This document shows positions 30,182-38,490 of a stretch of 64,000 nucleotides of DNA, piece by piece. Made by a program: the position numbers and the translations under genes. How positions within the stretch are numbered: the stretch's first letter is position 1; each line of letters begins with the position of its first letter. Below the pieces are notes generated by a model. It saw nothing but the letters and a program-made list of their open reading frames with translations, did no database searches and was not told the DNA's origin. Origin of the DNA: Chloroflexota bacterium (GTDB lineage: Bacteria; Chloroflexota; UBA11872; VXOZ01); assembly GCA_963663275.1 (NCBI GenBank), contig OY760183.1, positions 1,696,001-1,760,000 on the forward strand, written 5' to 3'.

Positions 30182-31372
30182 TTAGCCGTTCTCGCCCGTG
30201 ACGACGCGGGCGGCGGCGAGGGCGTAGACCTGGGTGGCGGTTACCATCTCCGCGATGCTGATGCGTTCGTCCGTTGTCACCCGCCAGTTGCTCGGGCCAT
30301 AGACGATCGTCGGGATGCCGTGCCGCACGATGTCGGCGGCGTCGGTGACGTAACTGCTCACCGGCAGCCCGCTGGATGATTCCGGTTCCTCTCCCGTGAC
30401 GTCTCGGTGGGCTTGTGCCGTGAGCGCCACCACCTCCGCGTCGGCGTCGATGCGGAAGGGACGCTGGTAGACCAGGGTGCGCACGTCGGCGCGGAAGTCG
30501 GGGTCTTCTTCCCCGATGCCCGCGATGACCCGCCGAAAGTCCGCGGTGAGTGTATCGGCGGTCATGCCCGGGATGATGCGCACGTCGCCGCGCGCCGTGC
30601 ACGTTTCCGCCGTGCGCGAGGCTGCGGTGCCGCCGTTGATCTGGCCGACCACGAGCCGGGGCAGTCCCTCGATCTCATCGGCGGGGTCGAAGGTGAGCGC
30701 GCGCTCGTCCAGCGCGCCGAGCAGTTTCATCATCTTGGCGTTGGCGTCCACGCCGCCGTCGCGCCGGCTGATGTGCTCGGCAACGCCGTAGGTGGTCAGT
30801 TCGAATTGCCAGGCGCCGCCGTGGGCCAGTTGGAGGCGCAAGCCGGTAGGCTCCCCGTTAATGCACATGGCGAAGGGCCGATCGCTGGACTCCAGGAAGA
30901 ACTTGGTGCCCAGTCCGCACACGTCGTGATGGACGACGGCGGTGACCACCAGGTCGCCTGTTGGCCGCACGTCGGAGCGCGCCACCGCCTCGGCGGCTTT
31001 CACCAGGCAGGCCACCGCGCCTTTCATGTCCGTCAGGGCGAACCCGTAGAGGTACCCATCCTTCTCGTAGGAGTCGTACGGATCCCGCGACCACTCGCCC
31101 GCGGGCGCGCCGGTGTCCAGGTGACCGTTCAGCAGCAGATTCGGCCCCCCGCCGCTGCCGCGCACGACGCCGATCACGTTGGGCCGCCCCGGCACGACGT
31201 CTTGCAGATGCACTTCATCGAACGCGCCGGACGCGCGCATTTGTTCCGCCAGAAAGTGGGCAATCGGCCCTTCGTGGGGTATTTCACTGGGAATGCGGGC
31301 GAGGCCGGCGGCAAGCGCCACCAGTCCATCCGCGTCTACGTGAGCAAAGAGGTCGTCCGGGCGAATTGCCAT
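30182..31372 (-). CDS. M20 family metallopeptidase/deacylase (ArgE/DapE-like) with atypical metal ligands
   Basis: GRPNV, NGHLDT, DMKG, GEPT; HHD replaces the EE motif. Confidence 0.85.
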   Translation of the reverse strand: MAIRPDDLFAHVDADGLVALAAGLARIPSEIPHEGPIAHFLAEQMRASGAFDEVHLQDVVPGRPNVIGVVRGSGGGPNLLLNGHLDTGAPAGEWSRDPYDSYEKDGYLYGFALTDMKGAVACLVKAAEAVARSDVRPTGDLVVTAVVHHDVCGLGTKFFLESSDRPFAMCINGEPTGLRLQLAHGGAWQFELTTYGVAEHISRRDGGVDANAKMMKLLGALDERALTFDPADEIEGLPRLVVGQINGGTAASRTAETCTARGDVRIIPGMTADTLTADFRRVIAGIGEEDPDFRADVRTLVYQRPFRIDADAEVVALTAQAHRDVTGEEPESSSGLPVSSYVTDAADIVRHGIPTIVYGPSNWRVTTDERISIAEMVTATQVYALAAARVVTGENG

Positions 31373-31569
31373 GGTTCCTCACCTTGCGGTTATGCGTGAA
31401 TTTGGCCGCAACCTGGCTGCGGCGAATAGAATACCTGCGGCGCGCCACCGGCCGCTGTTGCCGACATTGACTTGCTTGCAAGTATACTGCGGAACAACCC
31501 GCTTTGTCCCGACGGAGGTGTTCGCATAGCCTAGGTAGCCAGGCCAAATACCCTCTTCCTGGTGAGAGG

Positions 31570-31730
31570 CTGAGAGGGGTATGTACTCCTAATTCGACTT
31601 CACTTGTCATTCCGAACGGAGCGGAGCGAAGTGAGGAATCTAATGTGCAGCCCTGCAAAACCAGCATCTTTAGATTCCGCGAACCCTGTTCGACGCTGCG
31701 CTCGGAATGACACTTAGATACCCCTCTCCC
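31570..31730. mobile_element. Degenerate MITE family A copy
   Basis: CTGAGAGGGGTA...TACCCCTCTC ends enclosing a GTCATTCCGA...GGAATGAC doublet. Confidence 0.55.
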
Positions 31731-31733
31731 TGG

Positions 31734-32030
31734 GGAGACCTTTGCATAACTCTGTCATTCCGGTGAAAACCGGAATCCAGAGCGCTTTTGCAACTAAACA
31801 TTGCATGGTTTCAAGCCATTTCACTCCCCATCCCAACCTTCCCCCCAGTGGGGCTGACAAGGGTAGGCAATTGAATCGGCTTAACGTGTCATTCCGAACG
31901 GAGCGCAGCGCAGTGAGGAATCTGGAGTACAGCCCTGCACAATTAGCGCATTAGATTCCTCGCTCCGCTCGGAATGACACTTGCCTACCCCTGTCAGCCC
32001 CAGTGGGGAAGGGGTTACACAAAGGTCTCC
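31734..32030. mobile_element. MITE family B interrupted by a family A MITE
   Basis: 297 bp = 142 bp + 144 bp insert + 11 bp duplication; flanked by duplicated TGG. Confidence 0.8.
31854..31997. mobile_element. MITE family A (TIR CTGACAGGGGTAGGCA)
   Basis: Flanked by direct repeat CCCCAGTGGGG (31843-31853 and 31998-32008); empty site visible in the other family B copies. Confidence 0.82.
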
Positions 32031-32137
32031 TGGGGGAGAGGGCCGGGGTGAGGGGCACGCGGTCCCAGCGTAGCGACCCGCTTCCGTATCTCCCGCGCGC
32101 AACTGTGTATAATAGGCGCGATATGAAAGGGGGGCGC

Positions 32138-32887
32138 ATGGAAGTCGTCGTGGCGCCGTCGTACGAAGAGCTGAGTTCGCGGGCGGCGGAAATCGTCTGC
32201 GCGGCCATCCGGACCGAACCGGGGCTGGCGTTGGGATTGCCCACCGGCGCGACGCCCGTGGGGATGTACCGGCGGCTGGTCGCGTCGTACGCGGCCGGGC
32301 AGGTGGACTTCGGCCGGGTGCGCACGTTCAATCTGGACGAATACTGCGGCCTGCCTCCGGAGCATCCCGCAAGCTACCACACCTACATGCGGGAAAACCT
32401 CTGCGCCCACGTCAATCTTGCGCCCCAGAACGCGCACATTCCGAACGGCGCCGCGCCGGACCTCGCGGCCGAGTGCCGCGCCTTTGCGGAAGCGATCGCG
32501 GCGGCGGGCGACCTGGATCTGGCGGTGCTGGGCATCGGGCAGAACGGTCACGTGGGCTTCAACGAGCCGGGTTGCGCGTTGCGGACGGACGTGCACGTTG
32601 CCAGTCTGAGCGCCGAAACCCGCCGCCTGGCGTACGAATTCTGGCAAGACACCGCGCGGAACCCGTTTTGCTCTCTCGACGACGTTCCCGACCGCGCCAT
32701 TACGATGGGCATGGGGACGATTCTGAAGGCCAAGCGCATCCTGCTGCTGGCCAGCGGCGCGAGCAAAGCGCCGGCGGTGCGCGCGGCTACGAACGGCTCG
32801 CTGACGCCGCGGACGCCGGCCTCTTTTCTGCAACTCCACCGTGACGTGACGCTGCTGGTGGACGGCGAGGCGGCGAGACTGCTCTAG
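32138..32887 (+). CDS. nagB: Glucosamine-6-phosphate deaminase
   Basis: LGLPTGATP, TFNLDEY, LGIGQNGHVGFNEPG, AITMGMGTI. Confidence 0.95.
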   Translation: MEVVVAPSYEELSSRAAEIVCAAIRTEPGLALGLPTGATPVGMYRRLVASYAAGQVDFGRVRTFNLDEYCGLPPEHPASYHTYMRENLCAHVNLAPQNAHIPNGAAPDLAAECRAFAEAIAAAGDLDLAVLGIGQNGHVGFNEPGCALRTDVHVASLSAETRRLAYEFWQDTARNPFCSLDDVPDRAITMGMGTILKAKRILLLASGASKAPAVRAATNGSLTPRTPASFLQLHRDVTLLVDGEAARLL

Positions 32888-32941
32888 AACGAACCTATGG
32901 TACGGCTCGACCCGCCATTGTGCGCTTCGACAGGCTCAGCG

Positions 32942-33125
32942 CGAACGGATTCCTCGCTCGGAGACGAACGGATTAGCCACTTTCAGGCGAACGAACTAGC
33001 CACTTTGAGGCGAACGAATTAGCCGCTTTGGGACAAACCAATTAGCCGCTTTGGGACAAACCAATTAGCCGCTTTGGGACAAACCAAACAGTCGCTTTGG
33101 GAGGAACGAATTAGCCGCTTTGAGA
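32942..33125. repeat. Tandem array of eight 23-bp units (consensus CRAACSAATTAGCCGCTTTGGGA)
   Basis: Units start at 32942, 32965, 32988, 33011, 33034, 33057, 33080 and 33103; no spacers. Confidence 0.9.
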
Positions 33126-33169
33126 CAAGCAGTTTTGCGCCTTCTGAGAAGCCGGTGTCCTTTAGCATG

Positions 33170-33987
33170 TCAGCCCGGTTGGGGTTGCCGGAGGGGGCGC
33201 TTGGCGGGCAGGCCGGCTCGGCGGGGATACTGCGGCGGCGTGCCGGCGGTCTTGCGTACCGTTACCAAGCAGTGCGTGCGCGAGGGATTTCGGGGAGATT
33301 GAAGGGCGTTACGCGCGCATCGCGCCCGCCGAGCGCGTGAAGCGCGTGCTCTGCTTCCCGCAGTTCCACGTCAAGCGGCGTGCTTGACGACGTCGCCAGG
33401 GACTTGTAGGCCGCCAGCAGACCCCCGCGTTTACAGAAGGGCAGCGCAAGTTCCGCAATCGTGGCGAGACTGCCCACGCCCCGCACCGTAACCAGATCGT
33501 ACTGCTCGCGGTGCTCCGCCGCGTGCGCCAGGTCTTCCGCGCGGCCCCACAGCGCTTCCACATTGTCCAGGGGCAGTGATTGGATAGCGAGGCATAAGAA
33601 ATCCACCTTCTTGCGCGTGGCGTCGAGCAGCATTACGGAGAGGCGCGGAAAGGCAATCGCCAGCGGTATGCCCGGGATGCCGCCGCCAGTGCCGATGTCC
33701 AGCAGCCGTGGGGCCGCCTTGCCGGCAGGGGCGGCCAGAGTTTCGGACAGCAGCGGAATCGCCGCTACGGCGGCAATCGATTCCAGCAGCAAGAGCCGCT
33801 CCGCCTGCGCGGGTTCGCGGATGCCGGTCAGGTTGACCCGACCGCGCCGCTCCAGGAGCAGTTCCAGGTAGCGGTGCAGCCGGCGGATTTGCTCGGGAGC
33901 GAGCGCGACTCCTAACTCAGCGCTGCGGGCGCGCAGGGTGGGCAAGAGGTGAGCGGCATCATCCGGCGGAGGCATCGATGGCTGCAC
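33170..33987 (-). pseudogene. rsmG: 16S rRNA m7G527 methyltransferase RsmG with a frameshift near the 3' end
   Basis: NLTGI, LDIGTGGGIPGIPL, LDATRKK, RAE; main frame stops at 33262 while the conserved tail THCLVTVRK..TPPQYPRRAGLPAKRPL is in another frame ending at 33170. Confidence 0.8.
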
Positions 33988-34002
33988 TGCCGTTCCAGGC
34001 GC

Positions 34003-35103
34003 TCAGCGTTTCTTGCGCCGCGCCGGACGCTTGCGCCGCGCTTTCGCGCTCTTCTTGCCCTTGGCGTCAACGGACTCCGTCAGCTTGCGGGGCAGCACCT
34101 TGAGGAGGTACCAGAACGTCCTCACCAGGATGTAGACCTGGATGACGACGATGAGCACGAGCACGAAACGGTAGGAGAGTATGCCCCATTGCGCCTGGCG
34201 CAGGAAGACGGCCAGCAAGCCGAGGGCGTTTACCACCATGCTCGTCAGCAGCACCACCCGCACCGCCAGGCGGCGCAGCGGGCTGCTGCCGAACATCCAG
34301 CCGCTGATGAAATAGTAGACCAGAGAGATGACGAGGCCGGAGCCGAAGCCGAGCGTCAGCAACGGCGCAAGCTGGCGATAGAGGGTCCCCGTCGGCCCGG
34401 GGGCCGCGAAGAGGTATTCGAAGAGATCGGGGGGCACTAGTTCTCGCACCTCGCCGCGGGCCGCGGCCGCGTTTTCGCCAGCGGTGCTATCGGTGACCGT
34501 GATCGTGCTGAAAACCGCCACCGCGCCGGCGCCGGCGGCCTCTTTGCGGCCGCCCGGCTCGGGCACGATGAGTTGGAAGTGCTCGATGACGCCAACGCTT
34601 TCTACCGGCCAGTAGGCCACCCAGACCTTGCCCACGATGAACTTGCGCGGCAGGAAGCCCCACTCGCGGGAATCCCGGCTGCCGCGCCGGTTGTCCCCCA
34701 TGACGAAGTAGGCGCCGTCGGGCACGACTCGATCGGAAAGCTCGTCACGGACCGTCAGCCCGGCGATCTGGGCGCCGCTGGTGACGTAGGGCTCGACGAT
34801 CTTCTCGCCGTTGACGTAGACGACGCCTTGCTGGATTTCGATCACGTCGCCCGGTACGGCAATGACGCGCTTGACGAACTGCTCCGACGGGTCTTCAGGA
34901 TAGTTGAAGACGATGATGTCGCCGTGGCGCGGCTCCGAGCGGACGTAGGCCAGCTTGTTGACCAGCACGAATTCGCTGTGGTGCAAGGTGGCGTACATGC
35001 TGCTGCCCTCCACGCGGTAGTTCTGCACCGCCAGGCGCGTGCCAAAGAAGATGACGGCGGTGAGGAGAAGGGTTTGCAGGACTTCCTTCGCAAACGCTTT
35101 CGT
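34003..35103 (-). CDS. lepB: Signal peptidase I with C-terminal 3-TM extension; apparent ACG start
   Basis: VEGSSM (catalytic Ser), FVKRVI (Lys), GDNRRGSRDSR; N-terminal TM begins at ACG 35103 behind GGAGGAGG. Confidence 0.88.
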   Translation of the reverse strand, partial: TKAFAKEVLQTLLLTAVIFFGTRLAVQNYRVEGSSMYATLHHSEFVLVNKLAYVRSEPRHGDIIVFNYPEDPSEQFVKRVIAVPGDVIEIQQGVVYVNGEKIVEPYVTSGAQIAGLTVRDELSDRVVPDGAYFVMGDNRRGSRDSREWGFLPRKFIVGKVWVAYWPVESVGVIEHFQLIVPEPGGRKEAAGAGAVAVFSTITVTDSTAGENAAAARGEVRELVPPDLFEYLFAAPGPTGTLYRQLAPLLTLGFGSGLVISLVYYFISGWMFGSSPLRRLAVRVVLLTSMVVNALGLLAVFLRQAQWGILSYRFVLVLIVVIQVYILVRTFWYLLKVLPRKLTESVDAKGKKSAKARRKRPARRKKR

Positions 35104-35360
35104 GGCGGTCCTCCTCCGATAGGGTAGGTCGCATTCACGCTGTGAGACTTTTGCGCGAGTCTGCCGAGCAACGAAGAGCAGGCGGCGTCCAGGGAGATGT
35201 CCCCCCTCACCCCGGCCCTCTCCCCAGGGAGAGGGAGTTTAGCCAGCTTGGTTTCGATTGGGTTTGGCAGAACTCTTCTCTATAGCATAGCACTATGCGC
35301 GGGGCGTTACGCCTGGCCGGGCGCGGCTGCGCGCTGTTGCGCCGGTGGGATGCGGAGCGT

Positions 35361-36104
35361 CTAGCGTTTTGGGGAGAAACCAAGCCCCCGTTCGCGCAGT
35401 GAGAGGGCGCTGTGGCGCGTCATGATGATGTGGTCCACGAGTTCGATGTTCAGGAGTTTGCCGCTCTGCGCCAGTTGGGAGGTCATGGCCACGTCGTCGG
35501 CGGAAGGGGTGGGATCGCCGCTGGGGTGGTTGTGGGCTACCAGCACGGAGGCGCAATTGGCGCGCACGGCTTCGCGGAAAACCTCGGCGGGGCGCACGGC
35601 GGTCTGGTTGAGCGTGCCCCGATACAGCGTGTCTTTGCCCACCACGTGATGCTTGGTGTCCAGCAGCACCACCATGAACTTCTCCTGCTCTTCGTCCACG
35701 AAATCGGGGAGCAGGTAACTCTGGGCGTCAGCGACCGAGCGGATTGTGGGCCGGTCGGGCGGCGCGGCGGCGGCGGCGCGGCGGCCAAGCTCCAGCGCCG
35801 CCTTGAGTTGGGCGACCTTGGCCTCGCCCAGGCCGGGAAACTGCGTCAATTGACGAAAGCTAACCGCCGCCAGGCCGCCGGCGCCGCCGTGCGTCTCCAG
35901 CAGGCGCTGGGCCAGCGCCACCACCGAGTGTTCGCGGGTGCCGGTGCGCAAGATGATGGCGAGCAGTTCGGCGCTGGAAAGGTGCGCCGGCCCCAGGTCG
36001 CGCAGGCGCTCGCGGGGGCGTTCCGCCGCCGGCCACTCGCGGACGGAGAGCCGGTAGGCGTCTTGGGCCTGGGGTTCGGGATCTGGGCCGCGGTTTGACG
36101 ACAC
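35361..36104 (-). CDS. radC: RadC family JAB/MPN domain protein
   Basis: RPRERL, ELLAIILRTG, AHNHPSGDPTPSADD, DHII. Confidence 0.94.
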   Translation of the reverse strand: MSSNRGPDPEPQAQDAYRLSVREWPAAERPRERLRDLGPAHLSSAELLAIILRTGTREHSVVALAQRLLETHGGAGGLAAVSFRQLTQFPGLGEAKVAQLKAALELGRRAAAAAPPDRPTIRSVADAQSYLLPDFVDEEQEKFMVVLLDTKHHVVGKDTLYRGTLNQTAVRPAEVFREAVRANCASVLVAHNHPSGDPTPSADDVAMTSQLAQSGKLLNIELVDHIIMTRHSALSLRERGLGFSPKR

Positions 36105-36186
36105 GTTAAGCCTCGGGTTCCAGCGGCGCTTGGCCGGGGCGCGCGGCGGTGGGGCGAGCGGTCCGCAAGTCCATGGGAAGGGGCCG

Positions 36187-36612
36187 CTAGCGCAGCATCG
36201 TGCCGCAGTAGGCGCAGGAGTCCCACTCCACGCGCACGTGATTGGCGCAACTCCCGCACCGCTTCTTCAATTGCGTTTGGCACGCGGGACAGTATTGATA
36301 GTCGTCCTGAGCGCGGCGATTGCAGTTGGGACAGCGCGGGGCGCCCTCGATCTCGGCCAGATAGGCCTCTTCTTCCAGCGCCAGCGCGTATGAATCCACC
36401 AGCGTCTCTTTTGGACGGAGGAAGAGATAGAGTATCAGGCCGAAGACGTTGAACGCCAGCACGAGGAGCACGGAAAAGATCTGCACCAGGATGTCGCCGG
36501 TGCGTGAACGGATGTCGAAGTACGCCCAGATGGCAAGGGCAACCCAGAGCGAAAGTGTGTAGGCGATGAGAAAGGCGATGACATAGCGCAGGAGGGTGAC
36601 GAGGGTCTCCAT
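36187..36612 (-). CDS. Membrane protein with double zinc ribbon
   Basis: Two TM helices, LRPKETL, CPNC/CPAC/CGSC/CAYC. Confidence 0.8.
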   Translation of the reverse strand: METLVTLLRYVIAFLIAYTLSLWVALAIWAYFDIRSRTGDILVQIFSVLLVLAFNVFGLILYLFLRPKETLVDSYALALEEEAYLAEIEGAPRCPNCNRRAQDDYQYCPACQTQLKKRCGSCANHVRVEWDSCAYCGTMLR

Positions 36613-36711
36613 GGATGCTCCCTAAGCTGGTGCACGAACAGGCGCGGCTACCTCGCTATTGTACCAGTCCCCCGCCGGGAGACACTAGCGCGGGGGCTCC
36701 TCCTCATTGCT

Positions 36712-36830
36712 GCTGCATTGACTCTTGACTTAGGCGACCACAGCGAGTCCGCGCTGTTAATGTGCTTGACCTCTCGTCAACAAGGTGTAGGGGCACGACA
36801 TGTCGTGCCCCTACACCTTGTTGACGAGCC
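36712..36830. repeat. Dispersed ~120-bp element with a perfect 56-bp palindrome (36773-36828)
   Basis: CTCGTCAACAAGGTGTAGGGGCACGACATGTCGTGCCCCTACACCTTGTTGACGAG; homologous to 19282-19403. Confidence 0.8.
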
Positions 36831-36944
36831 ATTAGAGGCTCATACTCGTGGCTGCCCACTTTATTGCGACAGAATTGGAGCTTGACCCCCATCGGAAACG
36901 AGACAAGCATAGACGTAGCACGGGGGCTTGTCCCCCGCCGGAAG

Positions 36945-37090
36945 ATGACAGGGGTAGGCACGTGTCATTCCGAGCGGAGCGCAGCGGAGTGAGGAATCTA
37001 AGGCTTTCGCTGCAAGAACGTCGGTTCTAGATTCCTCGCTCCGCTCGGAATGACACGTGAAGTCGGATGTAGAATGCCTACCCCTTTCAG
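36945..37090. mobile_element. MITE family A (146 bp)
   Basis: TIRs; flanks CCCGCCGGAAG/CCCGCTGGAAG; empty-site homolog at about 37248-37290. Confidence 0.8.
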
Positions 37091-37402
37091 CCCGCTGGAA
37101 GCGGGAGAAAAGGCTTCGCGCGAGGACCGACGAAAGAGAAGACGCAGGTTCCAAACCTGCGCTACCGGAGGAGCGGGGCGCGGTGTTCAGCGCCATTGAG
37201 ATAGGTGAGATAGCACCGGTAGTGGCAGCCAAGCTTGTCATGTAGACGTAGCGCGGGGGCTTGTCCCCCGCCGGAAGCGGGAGAAGAGGTTTCGCGACGG
37301 ACTGAGCGAGGAAAAGAGGCAGGCTACGCGCACGACCCGCGCGAACACGCGCGAACCGGCGCTACCAGCGCTCCCACCCAGCGATGCGACGTGGGTGAAG
37401 CG

Positions 37403-38236
37403 CTAGAACGAGTAGCTGAGGATGCGGTACGTTTCGCTGCCGGCCGGTGTTTCCACCGCCACGGTATCGCCGGCGCGCTTGGCCAGGAGGCTGGCGCCAA
37501 CGGGAGAGAGGTAGGAGATGCGGCCTTCGAGGGGATCGACTTCCGAGGGGCCGACCAGTTGGTAGGCAATTTGCTCACTGCCGTCGGTGAGTTCCAGTTC
37601 CACCTTCATGCCGATCTTTATGCCCTCATCGATGGCGGCGGCGCCAGCGGCGTCCGCTTGCGCTTCATCCTCGGCTATTGTACTGGTGCGGAGGGTCTGT
37701 TCCAATTCGCGGATGCGGGCTTCCAACATGCCTTGCTGGTACTTGGCCTCGTCGTAGGCGGCGTTCTCGCGCAGGTCGCCGTCCTTGATGGCCGCGTGCA
37801 GCATCTTGCTGATGCGTTCGCGTCCCTCGCCGCGCAGTTCCTCCAGTTCGGCGGTCAACTCCTCGTGCCGCCCGCGGCTGATGAAGGTGGGCCCGGCCTG
37901 GGGAGCGGCGACTCTGCCGACGCTCTTGGCGCCGCGCTTGGAGATGCGCAGTCCGGTGGAGGGATTGGATTCGAGCCAGCCGGCCTTCAGCGCATGGGCG
38001 AAGAACGTGCGCAGGGCGGCGGCGCAGGGCTTGGGGTCGGCGGCGGTGGACGCCACGTGGTCGAGGTACGTCTGCAACTGATGGAGATGGATGGCCGCGA
38101 TGCGCGTTTCGGGTCCGCACCAACTGACAAACCGGCGGAGATGCTGCGCTTCCTCGCCTTTGAGTTTTGCCACGCCCACTGCTTGCACGTACCGGGTGAA
38201 GAGTGGGCCTAATTGGTTCGGATCCTGTGCGCTCAT
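37403..38236 (-). CDS. greA: GreA-family transcription elongation factor with an N-terminal integrase core-binding (SAM-like) domain
   Basis: GDLRENAAYDEAK, RIRELE, ISYLSPVGASLL; N-terminal LRRFVSW...LQTYL...AALRTFFAHA..GWLESNP. Confidence 0.88.
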   Translation of the reverse strand: MSAQDPNQLGPLFTRYVQAVGVAKLKGEEAQHLRRFVSWCGPETRIAAIHLHQLQTYLDHVASTAADPKPCAAALRTFFAHALKAGWLESNPSTGLRISKRGAKSVGRVAAPQAGPTFISRGRHEELTAELEELRGEGRERISKMLHAAIKDGDLRENAAYDEAKYQQGMLEARIRELEQTLRTSTIAEDEAQADAAGAAAIDEGIKIGMKVELELTDGSEQIAYQLVGPSEVDPLEGRISYLSPVGASLLAKRAGDTVAVETPAGSETYRILSYSF

Positions 38237-38311
38237 GGCTCCTCCTTAAGAGGCGACGATGCGTCTGTCTCCCTGCCGGTGGTACACTCCCGCCGTACGA
38301 TTTTCTGAGGG

Positions 38312-38396
38312 TGCCGAAGGAGGGATTCGAACCCTCACGAGCGCAAGGCCCACTACGCCCTGAACGTAGCGCGTCTTCCAATTCCGCCACTTCGGC
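38312..38396 (-). tRNA. tRNA-Leu(CAG)
   Basis: GCCGAAGTGGCGGAATTGGAAGACGCGCTACGTTCAGGGCGTAGTGGGCCTTGCGCTCGTGAGGGTTCGAATCCCTCCTTCGGCA; long variable arm; followed by CCC rather than CCA. Confidence 0.95.
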
Positions 38397-38490
38397 CGCG
38401 TGCCGTAGCCGGCACCAGTCATGATGTGCGTTACTTGGCTGATTCTATCACGGGGTCTGCCAGCGGGCAAGCAGCCGGCGGGCAGGTAGG

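Noticed and set aside
32942-33125. Possible CRISPR array
   Set aside because: Units are contiguous with no unique spacers, and there are no cas genes in the window
35361-36104. radC as a mobile-element marker
   Set aside because: Full-length chromosomal type with N-terminal domain, in a housekeeping context
37403-38396. Integrative element at tRNA-Leu
   Set aside because: No catalytic integrase domain (R-H-R-Y), no duplicated tRNA 3' end seen, and neighbours are housekeeping genes
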